63,679 nucleotides of DNA, filler included, from Sphaeroforma arctica JP610 (GCF_001186125.1; 5 parts of 2 records of this genome joined end to end with filler, not necessarily neighbours in it), one strand, 5' to 3'. Positions 12,845 through 28,000 are shown, counted from the first letter of the whole stretch. Notes: generated from the letters alone by a model not told the origin. Numbers and translations are program-made.

Positions 12845-14149
12845 GATGTTTACTTTAGTCTGCCTCTGTTTATTCAGTGTGGATATAAGTAGTCGTTCTG
12901 CTGTTTGTGGCTCCCTGACCTTCTTACGCGCATGTATGCATGTAATGCACGTCTGTGCATTAAACTACACAATATCTTCATGCTTTATGAGTTGAGGCCA
13001 CAGAGCCACAGAATCGTTCGTCCAGATTCCAGAGCTTTCAATACAATCTTCAAATGGCCAATTCTCAAAATATAGCAATATTCCCATTTTTATTGGTAGA
13101 AAAATATTGCAATTGCCGATCATTGGACAAACCACAGAAATGGAAATTTTGGAAATGGAAACCGAAAAGTACCAAAGTAAACACTATATAGACTGAAGAC
13201 TCAAAATTCCGTCATAAAGTTGCGAGGAAGAAATTTATAGCCATATATGGTAACTTTCTTTCCGAAAAAGATATACATTTTGCAAAACATCACAACATGT
13301 GATTTGCGAATCGAACCCAAAGACCCACCACTCCACCCCAGAATCCAGAGAGAGATTTGTGATTTGTGCGATGAAGATCAGAAAAAGCGATAAAATGCCA
13401 TAGCCTACAACAAAATAATTATAAATAAATATTGTACAGTCGATTTTTAGAGATAAAACCAAGAAGGCCTCCTCTTGAATAATGAATAGAGAAGGAGGCT
13501 ATGATTTAGCCTCTCAATATCTTAGAATTGGCCGTCACCCCGGCTGCCAGCCTGCGCCAGTACAAGGGGTATTTCGTTTACTCCAGCAGTCGTACATGAT
13601 AGGAGATTCACATGACCCATCTGACCATCTCTCTCTCTCTCTCTCTCTATTTATAGACCGAGAGAGAAGAGGCCTGGACCGGACAACGACAGTCAAAGTC
13701 CATTGTATTTCTATAAAAAAACTACAATGTGGCACGTGCCCTCCATTTTGTTCGCAGTACATAATCGGAAAGGTTCGTGAGCGGACCTCAATCTCATCCG
13801 AGGCGTAGTGTATTGCTGGATGAAACGGATTTACGTCTTATTTAATACACGCAATATTCAAGGGTTTCTTCTGAAACACCAGTACAGTATTCTTCTGAAA
13901 CATCAGTACATATTTTATGCTTACTCGTCACAACACCCTGTCAGCCCTGCCTTGATGCTCAGAGAAGTGTGCAACTGATAAAATAATCGGGTCATAGTGA
14001 ACACAGAACGATATCAAGAGATGACGTCCTGTCTGTACTGTGCGTCCCTCATATTCTAAAGTTTAATACTGATACTTTGTAGCTGCAGAGCACTAGAGCG
14101 CTATCTAGGATTGTGTATATATAAAACATCAGCCTTTATAAATTGATAG

Positions 14150-14720
14150 TCTCAAATATACCACTCCTCTTATCTCGTATCCAATTTGCACTGTTTGCAG
14201 ATAGGGCGAATTGAAAGCGCCTAGTTCCACATATTCCTGGTGCAAAATGAAGTGATATTAAAAATACCTGTATATGCTCGTGTAGCCTTATGGTAACCAT
14301 ATCATTTTGTCACATTTAGTGATTGCGTTCATCTGTAAACCCGCCCTGAAGTGCGATAACGCAATTTTTCTATCTGAAGAGCACTCATTACACACCTTAA
14401 ACGAATCAATTTCCAATAGGCGAGATTCTAGGTCTAACCAACAATCCTGGTTTGAATGTACTTGACCTTTGTTCCTATTTCAAAGCTCACCTTTCGATCC
14501 GGACCACTCGCCGTATGATATGATACTCCTTAGCTCTTGTGATCTCAATTCCAGACAATAATTACTTTTGCCACGGGAAGTGAATACTACAACTGTATGG
14601 TCTAAAACCATGCATACCAACATCTGAATACGAAATTGCACACAAGCTCATTGATTCACCTTCCAATATCGTTTCTAACTACATATGTATGCCCATTCCA
14701 CCATTTATATTTACACGCCA
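14150..14720 (-). mobile_element. Possible decayed non-LTR retrotransposon 3' fragment
   Basis: Minus-strand remnant ...DRKIALSHFRAGLQMNAITKC... resembles the R-x-A-L-x-x-F-R-x-G motif in LINE ORF2 C-termini. Many stops; weak. Confidence 0.25.
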
Positions 14721-15050
14721 CCAACGTACCACAAAAAAATACGGCTACGACTTTAAAATTGGAGAGAAAAATGTCGATAGTCTCGCTCATTCCAATAATC
14801 TTTTAAAATCATCTATCATATCGGTTGCATTCCCCAAGCTATAACACAGAATTTTGGCAGTCGAGACATATACCCGTGCCTCGGAGGCTCAGTATACTTT
14901 TGAAACGCTCCTCTTCTTGTATACTTTTGAACCCCTCTTCTTGTCACAGGCAAACTCCCCCACTTACAAAGTTGTGTACGACGGCTTACAAATTTATTCT
15001 TGTTGAGTATATGACGTCGCAATATATTCTTCTTATATTTATACTTAAAT

Positions 15051-15121
<71 letters not shown>

Positions 15122-15210
15122 ATCNNNNNNNNNNNNNNNNNNNNTATATATATTATATTAATATTATTAGTGTTAGTTAGTGTGTGTTATAGTTAATAGT
15201 ATATATATAG

Positions 15211-15309
<99 letters not shown>

Positions 15310-15703
15310 GGCTATGTATGGAAAGATAAGCAAAGTACTAATAGTCTGGCAGAAACGAGAGATGAATTGGTTCAGTATTGCCTGTACATTGGGAAGCAGC
15401 AACTAGCATATATATGTGTGCAAATATTACCACTGTACGCAAGTGTATCTACAAACATATTTAAAAAAATATATCGAGTCTCTAAATGTAGATGTGATTA
15501 TTTCAGGAGGCTGTGAAATTGTCTGGTTGTACAACCCTGATAAAATTTCGAAAGTAAGGTTTTTGTACTTTAAAATTTGCGTAAATACATCTTGGACGAC
15601 ATATGATCTCGTCGATGTGTATATAAGTATTCTTCATCAGCTACCGCTAGCAGTGCACTTAAGTGCAGTTCTGCTTCGATACCGCTTCACAGCCGTTTTA
15701 AAA

Positions 15704-17229
15704 ATGGTTGCAAACAAAGCAGCAACTCAGCAAAAGCAATTGCTGGAGCAGAAGAGCAAATGGAGTTTGAAACTTGGGGAGTTGCTAGATTTTGACGCAT
15801 CTGATATCATCCAACTCACCATCCAGTTGGACAGTGCGAGGGAGGCAAGACAGTATTTAAATAGCTTGCTCGACCCGGCAGATCGTGCGCATACGGATTT
15901 TGTCAATAGTTATGTTGAGGATATGTTCGGAGAAAGTAGCAGTAATAAAGCCGACACGCGACAGGAGGGTCAAGAGGTGATTGGGAAACGTGGCAAGAAG
16001 AAGAAGGGCATTGTACCTGCAGAGAGCAGTTCACATAGCAGTACTTATACTAAACCTTACCTGAATAAAAGGGCTGGCAAAACGAGCAGGAAGACTGCAG
16101 GACTACAGTCCCTGGAGCAACTGTCTTCGCTGTTACACGGCCAACTCGAAAAAGGACGGATCAAATGTGATTGCATGACAGGAAAACACGCACTGGTTGG
16201 TAATTGTTTGGCCTGTGGTAACATTGTGTGTGCGCAGGAGGGCGTGGGGGTCTGCCTATCATGTGGTGAAGATCAGGTGAAAATCTTGGATAATGCTATG
16301 GCGACGGATGCTGATGCAGAGCAGTTGGGAATCACAAGGACCGCTCGCAAGAAGGTAAGCCTGCATACACATTACTTGCTGAAGTATTTTGACTGTTGCA
16401 CTATAACCCAGTATGTATCTTGGCTGCCTTGCGCATTGTATGTATGTCACTTACTGTGAGTTTAATATGTAACAGCGATATGTGCAGGTCTGGTTTTTTT
16501 TTGTTCAGCAGCTACAGATGCAGATATGAATGTGCGATGTTTATATATACAAGCCAGACTTTTGCGTATGAGCGTTAGGTTTCCTAGTGCTGATTGTAAC
16601 TCGTGGGTTAGATTGCGGTTTTTGGTATCATGTAGTACGCTGACGTTCAGTAGTAGTAAAGGGCTGAGCTCAAAAAGTGCAATGAGAAGTACTTTGCTAG
16701 CCAAGATATCACCGTCTAATTCTTAGCGTTGAAATCTCATATGAATACGCCACTTCAATCACAAGTTGAGAGGCTACAAGGGTACGATGAAATATCGCCG
16801 TCTAACTTTTAGCGTTAAATTTTTAAAGCAATACGCCACTTCATTCACAAGTTGAGAGGCACAAGGTGGTACTATGGATTATCACGGTGTCTAATTTTGA
16901 TAGTGGTAGGAGTTTCTTGTCGGATATTTATCAAACCAACGAACACTGTGGCTCAGTGATGCAGGTGAACACACGTAGTTGTATATTTCACTCGGGCCAT
17001 TTCAGTAGTTATGGTAACGTTGAAGGACGGTACAAACGGGCGTTTCACCAGTCGATGACATCTCCTTGGCAGAATACAACATCTGCAACATTTGTGTATT
17101 TTAGACCAGACTGAGTTGTATTGCTTATCAATGAAATGTTGGTGTGTGGTCTGTGTGATGCTGTGGAATAGTTGGATCGACAACACCCCCGTGCGTAGAA
17201 CACTCAGTTCGGTACTGGTAGTGCAGATT

Positions 17230-17265
<36 letters not shown>

Positions 17266-20200
17266 GTGTGGCTGTCTGTGGCTGTGGTTGTGGGTGTGTG
17301 GGTTTATATTTCGGTGAGATATTTTTCAAAAATTTATACGATGCTGATTGTAATATATTTATACGTGTGTGTATACGTATGTCTTCTCATGATGAGCGGG
17401 TTTAAGGTGTTTGTGCTGTTGATTTTCTTTCACCTTATATACAGGCAACCTTACCGCGATCTTTGAGTGCGCATACGTGTGCATATTGTTGGAAGCATCC
17501 GTACTTGGATTTGCGTACAATGCGAATAAAGCTTTAGTTAATCAGTTGCCTCGAGATAAAATGCCTAAAATATGTATATATCCAGTATCCGTGGTTACGC
17601 GCATATGCATACACATCACTGTTGCCGAATTAGTTGAAAACTAGATTTTCATATTATAGTTGGCACAGTTTAAGATAGATTAATATACATGTGTGTGGAT
17701 TTCCCAACGTCCTGATATGTAGTACGTGATTCTGATAGCATCTATAGTGATCACCGCTTCATCTAGATCCTAAGTACCATATTTCGTGGGGGTATTAGCA
17801 TCCGCCTAACTATATGCATGCCTGGTTTTGCTTGTATAGAACTTGTTCAAGTTAAAGCAAGAGGAGGAGGGAATGGATCCTGAAAAGATAGTAGCACTGA
17901 TGAAAGCCATGGAGCTTAAGGAAAGGCAAGTATTTGGTCACTCAATTCGGATATGCCAGTCATGTAATTTTGGCGTTAGGTTGAATGCATGGACATAATT
18001 GTAGTGTATATGATCCCGACTGTAAAAGTTGTTATCATTGCAAGACTAGCCACAGGTCAGCTTATCTGTGCGGATCTCATATCACACTCTTTTATGCAGC
18101 TCTGTGTATCTTTATCGTGGCACCATGATCAGCAGCAAGGTGGTATAAACACAACCCTCAGTTTCTCATTCCGTCACCAAGAGCTCTTCCCTCATATTAC
18201 GGGTTCATCACTGACTCGGGAATCAGACCAGGTTTATGCGCAGATCCAATCATTCCGAAACTCTTGACAATTTATCATGCTGCGACCCTTTGCAGATTGC
18301 TAGTGTTTGACAGGCAGATGGCCAAGCGTACGAAAGTCATTGACGATGAGGTATCTAAAATGGTGATAGGTCGATGTTGTATTTAGTTTTGGGTGATATT
18401 ATATCTAGTTTTGGGTGATATTGTATTTAGTTTTGGGTGATATTGTATTTCGTTACGTGTCTTGGAGTATGAGTAGGTAAGATCATTGAAGTATTTATGA
18501 CTAGATGCCGAAGTATATGCGACGAGTAATTTTATGTTGTTGACAATTAAATATATGTAACGAGTTGGGAATGATTTTGGCCCTGATGTGACATAGCGCG
18601 TGAAACTGTATAGGTTTCGACATACGATAGACGGCTCATCGCGACAAGATACTGACAACCAGACAGTCCGCAATGAATCTCAACGGTTCACTCTGACACG
18701 CGTATGTATCTATTGATTATCGCTCACAGGACGACTACTATGAGCTAGATAGCAGGTGGCTCGACCCCAAAACAGTAAGTAACCTTGCCCCCCACTGAGG
18801 CGTGCGTGAGCGTGTTAGTTTTTGAATCCTGGTACTTGTTTCTGTTCATCTGCTCCGCAGCGTGCGCATCGCTGCACACCAATGCTGTGGGCATTCCATA
18901 GTGAACGTTAATTTTGCTATTGCATTCGATTGTCCAATCAGAATTAATTTCGTTTAGTTCTATTTAAACGCCATTTTAACCAATTAGCTCCACTTTAGCT
19001 ACACTCCTTGTGTCTTCTGCTGTTTAGTGAATATATTTGTATCAAGCAAATTTGCTATTCTCGACATGAAGAAAGGTGAACCCGTACTGGTGATAACGGT
19101 TATGTATCTATTTGATTTTGACGTTGGTCGCCTCTGCAACTTTTCACATTTGTTTCCGCTCAAGGTCGAGCATGAGCGATTACATTGTATTGCCCTTTTG
19201 TGTTCAATGATATTCCCACCCATCGCTATGCACCAGAACGGCTGTACGAGTATGCAAGTGTGCGGCTGATGGATCAGATGTGTTTTTATTCGATATTTTT
19301 TATCCAAGTGAAATGCGCGAGCATTCACGAAGATACATACAGCACGAGCCTTTCTTATCCCAGAAAAAGCATCAGGAAAGGTTTGCAGGGTCATTGTTTC
19401 TATATAAGCTCAAGGGTATTACGTACGCAATGTATACATCTGGGCTCAATCCAAGACGGGAAGATTGTAACCAAATCAGCATGCGGACATACTGCGAGTA
19501 TATTGTTATAAATTCCTGTGCGCGTGTATCGCCTTCTTATTAATGTACTTACACATACATCCCACTATAGTAAATCACAATAGGGTGGTGAACAGTTCAC
19601 GTACGTCTTTAGTGTATGAAAATTGTAAACGTTCACATGGTTTTAACAGATGTACATAAAGTGCAATTGTGCACAGTCCCGCGCATTTTTTTGCCCGTGT
19701 GACGCGGACCGACACGACCTATTCGCTGCAATACTGAGGACGATATAGCGTGTGACCATGTACGCCCCACCTTGTCTGTATGTTGTATGGGCACTCATAC
19801 CATCGCCTATCCGCGCAGCGAAAAGCTCGAGAAGCACTCAAGAGCCAACTAGACGAGGCGAAGCTAGAGCTGAAGAAGAAGCAACGCACCAATATCATCA
19901 CACTTGACATTATGAACCAGCGCGTAGTCGATGCAAGAGACACCGTGACACTCGATGAGTCTCAGTACAGACCACCGCCACAGCAGTCTGTGACGGCGCC
20001 GAAGAATGCCCAGGACTTGGTGTGTAGGGCCCCGTTTACCTTTGACGCGCCTGTGTATGTGGTACAAGGTGGTCCCTGGTGAATGCTGAATGTGTTGAAA
20101 GGGTAGTGTGTGCTGTAAGGTGTTGTACGCTGTTTGTCGGTATAGTGCAGCATGTGGTGGACGGCAGGCTTACGGTGCCACTGAATGACCTTAGTGCAGC

Positions 20201-21087
20201 CCATCAGTACAATTAGCGATAACTACTGTGACGGAGGACAGAGTAGTTCTTGGTGTACCAGTTTCATGTGAAGAGTGGAAGTGGATAAATAAGGGAATGA
20301 GTGCATATATTGATGAATAGAAATTAATATTGATTTTCGTCAGTGTAGCGGAGAATGTCTAGGTTGAGAACGTCATTCTGGTTTAATTTGCTGTCCTACT
20401 ATTTATCGCTGAGTGTATTTATTTAGAGTGTGCATTTTGATTGTCGTTCTGTATTTTAGGATGCCAAAGTTGGTATCGTTGTCCTGGATACCAAGTGATA
20501 TGAGTATATGACAATAGTTATCCCGGTAGTAGGATATGTATTACTGGCTGTCGTGGTACTGATGGCGCCTCTGTTGTGAGGTCTTGCAAATGGAAACCGT
20601 GTGCATGTGCTGCGCTGCTATTATCTTTTACGTAGAAGTGTATGGATCAATGGAGACAACGTGTGTATGCTGTGGGGGTTTCTTGGTGGGTAGTGTGCGT
20701 GGCTCGGTTACGAAGGCGGAGCTATCTCTAGCAGTTCTTACCTTTGGACCATCACGCTGTCGTTATAAAAGGCTCGTATCTGTAACATGATGTCTTGTCC
20801 TGTCTTTTTTTGCTCTGAATTGATGTCTTGTCCTGTCCTTATTTGCTCTGAATTGTACTCTGGGGCAGATATGGAACGATCCCGACCCCTATCAATACGC
20901 CAACCCGGGCCTCACAACCCCACCGAAATACATACGAGACGATCAATCCAAAGCCGGGAAGGCGTTGCACACCAAGCCTCGACCCGCACTGCCCAAGCTG
21001 CGAGAAACATACATGCGCGTGCAGGGCGAAGGGTTTGTACCCCCGCCCTTGAAGGACAATCCGGGGAAGTGCATGTCCATGCACCAG
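15704..21087 (+). CDS. TRIP4: Activating signal cointegrator 1 (TRIP4/ASC-1, Rqt4 homolog), 3'-truncated by scaffold end
   Basis: Exons 15704-16354, 17840-17925 (GC donor), 18296-18350, 18730-18774, 19819-~20019, 20869-21087. C2HC5 zinc finger CDCMTGKHALVGNCLACGNIVCAQEGVGVCLSCG; conserved KERLLVFDRQMAKRTKVIDDEDDYY...W; ends GKCMSMHQ|, the start of the ASCH domain (human GWCLSVHQPWASL). Confidence 0.92.
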
Positions 21088-21434
21088 GTGAGTGCGGATT
21101 GTGACTGATTGGCTTCTTGCGCCAAGGCGCAATTGGTTGTGAGCGGACAAATACGTAAACCGACTTGTAAGTACTTATTAGTAAGTTCTTTTGGTGAAAT
21201 TATTTGGTGTAGAATGTGGGTCTATATATGTATCCTATAGGATGTATAGGATGTCGGAAGGGAAGGGAGAGTATGTGATTATCTGGCGTATACGAGAAAT
21301 CTACCGGCGTACATCGTTTTGCCACAGCAGTTGTATGAGGATTGGAGGCGACTGCTTATTTGTATATATATATTATTATATTATTATACATATATTATTA
21401 TTATATATATAGATATATATATATATATTATTAT

Positions 21435-21469
<35 letters not shown>

Positions 21470-21505
21470 GTATGTATGTATGTATGTACGTATGTATATA
21501 TATAT

Positions 21506-21605
21506 NNNNNNNNNNNNNNNNNNNNNNNNNNNNNNNNNNNNNNNNNNNNTTAATTAATTAANNNNNNNNNNNNNNNNNNNNNNNNNNNNNNNNNNNNNNN
21601 NNNNN
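21506..21605. other. Artificial scaffold-join spacer (N44-TTAATTAATTAA-N44)
   Basis: Exactly 100 bp with a six-frame stop linker; identical structure occurs four times. Confidence 0.97.
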
Positions 21606-22093
21606 TGTTAGTGTAGTCTAGTATATATTATTACTATATATATATATATATTATGTGTGTGTGTGTGTGTGTGTGTTGTGTATATAATAATATATATATA
21701 TATATATATATATATTTATTTATATATATATATATATGTATATATATGTATATATATATATATATATAATGTTGAAATGTAGTTCTTATTCTGTGCTGCA
21801 CGTATAAGCGTGATATTTAATTTTCGTAGACACCGTTCTGCTTGCTCAAAGTTGTCGTGTACTTTTCTGGGTTTCTCGTCTCTAGTTGAATATAAATCTC
21901 TGACGTTACGAATATGTTTATTCCTGCACCTAGTTTGCTATTGATCAGGGCCTACTGCTTTTGATGATGGCCTATACTTTTCAGTGCGTTTCTCGTGTAC
22001 AATCGATCATGAACTGTGTATCATTATCTGCCCTCACATGTTTAATATTTCACATCCTTCTATTGATGTTTCATACTTTCACTCACTTTGTAG

Positions 22094-25000
22094 TCAGTGT
22101 CCACCTGGTTTCGTAGGGGATGCATGCGCTGATATAACCTGTCTCCACGGAGGAATAATGGACACTCAGGGCTCCTGTAATTGCAATGGCACCGAGGGCT
22201 GGGATGGATTGTGGTGCCAGGGTATGTACTTAAGTTTATGGTGTGCGTATGTGCTTAAGTTGATGGTGTGCATATTGTCTCACATCCGGCAACTGGTGGT
22301 TCTATTGCCGCTCGAATGTGTACGTGTATGTGCTGGGGCGGGTGATCATGTTCTGCTCGATCCACTAGCACCAACGTAGTTAAAGACTTTTTTTTGAATA
22401 TTGACCACGTACGTATATGCATCAAATAACCCAAATATCACCTTCAATAGCGACCCTTACACGTGCCAACCCACATCACAGCCTGTCAGACGGACGCCGC
22501 TTGCCAAGGTGAAGCACAAGGCACACCTTCATCTCGGTGTAATCAAAACTGGATACCTCTGGCCAACAAGACTTACTCGTGTGAGACCACTGACTCAGCT
22601 ATCGCCGGCATACTTGGCCAGCCCGCTGTGGTTAGTGTGGCGTTATACGTTACGCAGGAAGGGAACGTGACCCAGCGTGGTGGAACCTTTCAGCGTATGT
22701 AGAGATGATGCGGTTTTTGCGGGGGAATGTCAAATTCTTATCTAACACTCGCTGCCTTACTTATGAATTCCGTATTTATGAGAACGTATCTGCCAAGAAT
22801 TGTTAAATGGCATACGTGTGTCTTTGTCCCTTTCTTTGTGAACGCGCATCAACACCCTCGTCTCTCCGATAAAGCTCTGCAAGTAATATTCAAAGTACGC
22901 TCGCTTCCCTCTACACGGTCGACAGTCTTGAGAAAAGAGGAGCCGAAGACTAACCGGATAGATCTCTTCTCCTGTTTGGTAGAAGATTGCGATGATACGA
23001 CCTCGCAGCATCCCGCAGAAGCCGCCGCAGGAGGCTTCGCTTGGAGGTGCAATCAGGTGGGCGGATATGCGTATCGCTTCACATCTCGGAAGTTAAAATG
23101 TGATTATTATGTCGAACAAAATTACGGCGACGGCTTCTGTCATAAAGTTCCCGAGTATCGTTTCATGACGCTTGCAGTATCTTTATTGAAAAAATGGTCC
23201 AGCATCAAGATTTGGCAGCCAAGGCCCGTCGAATGGTCTGATGGGTATGGAAGTACACTAGAGCGCCCCTTAGTATATCATGCTCAGTGTTTCTGTATTG
23301 CGTCATGCAGGTGAATTGTATGATGAATTGTGAACCAGGAAGCGAACAGTGCTCGACTATATTGAGGGGCATTGTAGGGGTTGTCGGCGGTCCTATGGAT
23401 TTTTTGTGCGATCCGAGTACAGGTATAGCTTGTGCATTATTATATATGGCTTGTGCAATATTAAATATGGCTTATGCAATATTAAATATGGCTTGTGCAA
23501 TTTTATATATGGCTTGTGCAATATTATATACGAGTGCAAGGAGCTGGCTGATGATTTTGTATAGCTGTTGATTGCCTTTCTTCTTTATCTAAATCCTTCT
23601 CCGTGCAGGATTATGCGCCATTTCAGAAAAGCACTTGGACGTGATTGCAAGGGGCGGGGTACACATCAGATGCAAAGGTGGCGAATGCGTTCATGCGTCT
23701 CCCATACCGTCAGCATCTCCCGGGATAATAGCGTCTTCAACTCCTGTACCATCCGATCCCAATGTGGATAGCGTAGTGCCCCTTGCGATCATCGTTATGG
23801 TGGGTGGAGTCTGCATTGTTGGTATGATCATTGCAGGATTCCTGTTGTGCTACTTCCTTCGGAAACAAAGGCTGCGAAAGGAACATATCGAATTCAACCA
23901 CCAGGATGTAAACACGTACCTACGTGGTTTGCGAAACAAGGTGAGAAATTCACCCGATGATGTCCTTGTGCAGGTGTTATGTGCCGGAATTTTCTGAGTC
24001 TGTCTTGTTTTCCTATATCTGAATTAATCCCGAAAATGACAATTGATATTCTGCAGAATGGAGGCATCCGCACTCTTGCTTTCGACGAACTCTGCTATGA
24101 AATCGGGAGGAAAAAGAAAGCGAAGCAAATCCTATACAACGTGAGTGGTTATTCTCAACCCGGAGAATTGCTGGCTATTATGGGCCCCTCGGGTACGTGC
24201 GGTGACAGTTGGTATTTAATTGAACGGTATCACAAGTATGAGGAACTGTTGTCAACTACCATACGCTCCAGTAGGTCCAAAGTTGCATGTGTCCCAGAAT
24301 TACTTATCACATCCCTCGATTGCATGTGTCGCTGGGCATTTAAGGGTTTCTAGTTGCTGACCTGTGTGTATGCGCTGTTCCTTTCCCTCGCCCAGGTGCT
24401 GGAAAATCAACCGTGATGGACATACTTAGTATGAGGGACAAGTCGGGGCGCACGTCGGGGTCTATCACCATTGGAGGGAAACAACGAACGTCTGCATTCA
24501 AGCGTGATATAGGCTTCGTTGATCAAGAAGATCTGCTGATCGATACACTCACTGTGGCGGAAACCCTTATGTACAGCGCTGAACTACGTCTGCCGGATTG
24601 TGTACCTCATGACGTTAAACAACGGCGCGTGAAGTATGTACTGCAGATGTGCTATCCATCTTATTGTTGCCGCTGGTCACACTCGCTCACATAGGTAACA
24701 CACGGTCATTTTAATGTAAGTCTCTCCTTGTACCTTACGTAGAATCTGAGTCATTATGATTTTAAGTCTTTCCTTGCACCATATTGTGTAGAACCGTCAT
24801 GAATGACCTGTCGATCAGCCACATCGCACACTCCCGGATTGGGGGGACCTTTGCAAGAGGAATCTCTGGTGGAGAAAAGAGGCATGTTGTTTTAGGATCA
24901 GGCCTTGTGTTTTTAACTTCGCATTGGGCTGAAGTCATACCCTGTTTACAAACGATTATTTTCTCATCAAGTCTGTTTTCTCGATCCTGGGCTCTGTTTA

Positions 25001-28000
25001 AAAAAACAGCAAATAGGTATAACCTTATTTATTTCAAGATGGCAGAAACATACTTTTTTATTAACCATTGGGGACGCTTGATTATTGACTAGTAGCGAGC
25101 GTCGGGTAGGTTTTTATTCAATCGGGACGGTAGTAGTCCTATTGCTGGCCGGTACGGACTGTTTTCACCTAATTTTCGCCACTTTTCAGGGCCGCTCGGA
25201 TATTCAAGGGTATAACATATCCGAATTTATTCTCATTTTTACTAATAGGAGAGTTAGCATCGGAACTGAACTCGTAACCTGTCCAAGTATCCTATATCTT
25301 GACGAACCGACCTCAGGCCTGGATTCCTACAACGCACATTTGGTGGTCAGTTGCCTGACGAAATTTGCACGTCAAGATCGCACAAATGTGATCATGACCA
25401 TACATCAGCCACGTTCGAATATATTTGCTATGTTCGATAAACTACTTCTACTGAGCAAAGGACAGAATATATACTTCGGCCCAGGTTAGTACTTCGATTT
25501 ATACCCCACTTATATCACAGTATTTTACAAGTCCACTGTGTTGTATACCTTTAATGAAAATCGTAGCTTCCACTTCTCATATCAAATGCTAGCCGCCTGT
25601 ACTTATTTTTGTGTACAGCAAACCAGGCGATCACATACTTCGCGACCATGGGACTGCACTGTCCAAACACATACAATCCAGCCGATTTCTTGATCGATGC
25701 CATAGTGGAAGCTGAGATGCGGGAAAGGGAAGAAGAGGAGGACATGGCTCGATCACTTCTTCTCACTTCGGGAAATCGTAGAGAAAGTGATGACAGTCTT
25801 TTGCGAGCAGATCCGTCTGCACGAAATCTGAGCTATGGAGAGTTCGGTGACGTGGAACTGAATACTCACACTGTGTCCATAGTGGGTGGCTCATCAACGA
25901 GACCACTGGGCCGTGATCGAGACAGTGACTCCACGGATGATGATAGTTTTCTTTTTGATGAAATCCTGGAAGATACCAGGCCCACGCCGTCTGCCTCGGC
26001 GGACTACGGTCACGCCGATCATTCTAGGCCACATTCACGCAATGATCTGGACTTGGGAACCCAAATGGGCGATAGCAGGGTTTCGGGTGCTAGTAAAAGC
26101 GTTTCTGGACATCCGAGATCCCCTACAAACGAGAGACAAATGAGAAACGTCGCTAATAGCACCGTCAGCACTACCGATATGGTGAACCACTACCAGAAGA
26201 ATCGTCTAATGTACGAACGAGAAGACGCGCTCTTATACACAGACGGTATCAGTCCTACTGATGGAGAGGACGACGGTTTATATCGAGGGGATGACTCCGA
26301 GAATGACTTAACGGGACATCACAATGAAGGTATACTGGGGAGGGTGGATGTCAGCGCCGATACGAGTCGCAATCTAAGGGTCGGCGCCGGGCAAATATTC
26401 AGCGGTGACTTGGGCGATAATAGGCGCATAGACAACGGAACACATCTAGACGATGCCAACGGATTCTGGAGTGAAGAGGACACCGGGATCGATGAAGACC
26501 TGATAGACATTAATGAGTCATTGTCTGAGAGGAGGCCACTGAGTAGTAATGCAGCAACTGCGCATGCAAGCACAGGCGCCAGTGCGAATCGACGATGGTT
26601 GCGAAGGAAATCTAAAGCCAAATCTGCCGCTACCAGTGCTAGCTTCAGCACGCAGATTGTCGTGCTTTCGAACCGCACTATGCTGAATTTGTTTCGCAAT
26701 CCTATGCTCTTTTTCGGGCATCTCTTATCTGCAACTCTGATTGGCCTTGTAGTAGGTACTGTGTACTACGGAATGAATGAAGATACTGGCTCGGGTATGT
26801 GTGGTGAATATTGAGTTGGCCAAAACAAATATTCGCACTCTGTGCAACATGCTTGTTGCTGAGAGTTGAATTGTGCACAAACTGTATGCAAAAAGGACCC
26901 GGGTCTAAGTCTAGTATTTACTGAATTGAATTAGACGCGAGTTCCATTGATACAATAGTGTTCGCAAGCTTTCGCTACGCATGAAAAAAAAACGTGCATC
27001 ATTCATTGCGGACACAAAAACTGTGTATTTTTTTTCGTTTTCTATATATAACTAACCCGTCGCACATTCTTCACACCGCAGATGAGGGTGCAGTTGCCAC
27101 TAAATCCCTGGTCGGCCAATTCGAGCAGCGACTTGGAGTGCTGTTGATCCTGTGCGCCTTCCTCGCTTTCGGGTCCTTGTCGTCTTTGGAATTGTTCTAC
27201 TCTGAACGTGCTCTATACATGCACGAGCGTGCGAATCGCTTCTACTACCCGTCTACATACTTTATCTCCAAGATCCTGTTTGATATCGTGCCGCTCAGAA
27301 TTATACCCCCGCTGTTGATGGGCAGCATCGCTTACTTCATGATCGGACTGCGGCCTGGAATCGTATACTTCACGTACTTCCTGGTTGCTCTGGTCCTAGT
27401 GAATCTGGTAGCTACCAGCATATGTATGATAATTGGAGTCATGTGCTCACGCCTGTCTACTGGGAACCTAATCGCGAGTATCATAATGCTATTCTCCCTG
27501 ATGCTGACCAATATTTTCAACAACAAAAGTATGTATTTTCTCCACCGAGTATTTCAGCTTTGTCGTTTCCAGGCATGATACAAAGCCACCCTAAGAGATA
27601 GAGCTGACATTTAAAAATCGGCAACGTCAGGAATTCTATTATCGCATTGTCTCAACGCAAATACATCAATAATAAGCTACAACGTCCGTCTTTCACACAG
27701 CGACCATGCCACCCTATTTGAGGTGGCTTCATTATATAAGTTTCTTCAACTTTGGGTACGAGGCTTTATGTATCAACGAGATGGATGGAATTTATATACA
27801 AGGAAAAATCCTTGATGCTCACACCCAGGTATGTTTTTCGGTTTAACAATAATTCACCCGCAATTATGGCACGGATGGCTCACTTGTTTTATCTTGGAAT
27901 ATACAAAGTTCAATGCCCATTTCATATCGAGCCCCCCTAATCTGAATTCTCGGTCCACATCCAGGTGGCAGGCACACAAATACTTATCGAGCTCGGGTTT

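Noticed and set aside
18999..19543. Several overlapping ORFs in TRIP4 intron 4
   Set aside because: No recognisable motif in any frame, and TRIP4 splices in frame without them.
21550..21561. TTAATTAATTAA as a biological motif or piggyBac TTAA site
   Set aside because: Always centred in N44 flanks; an assembly concatenation linker.
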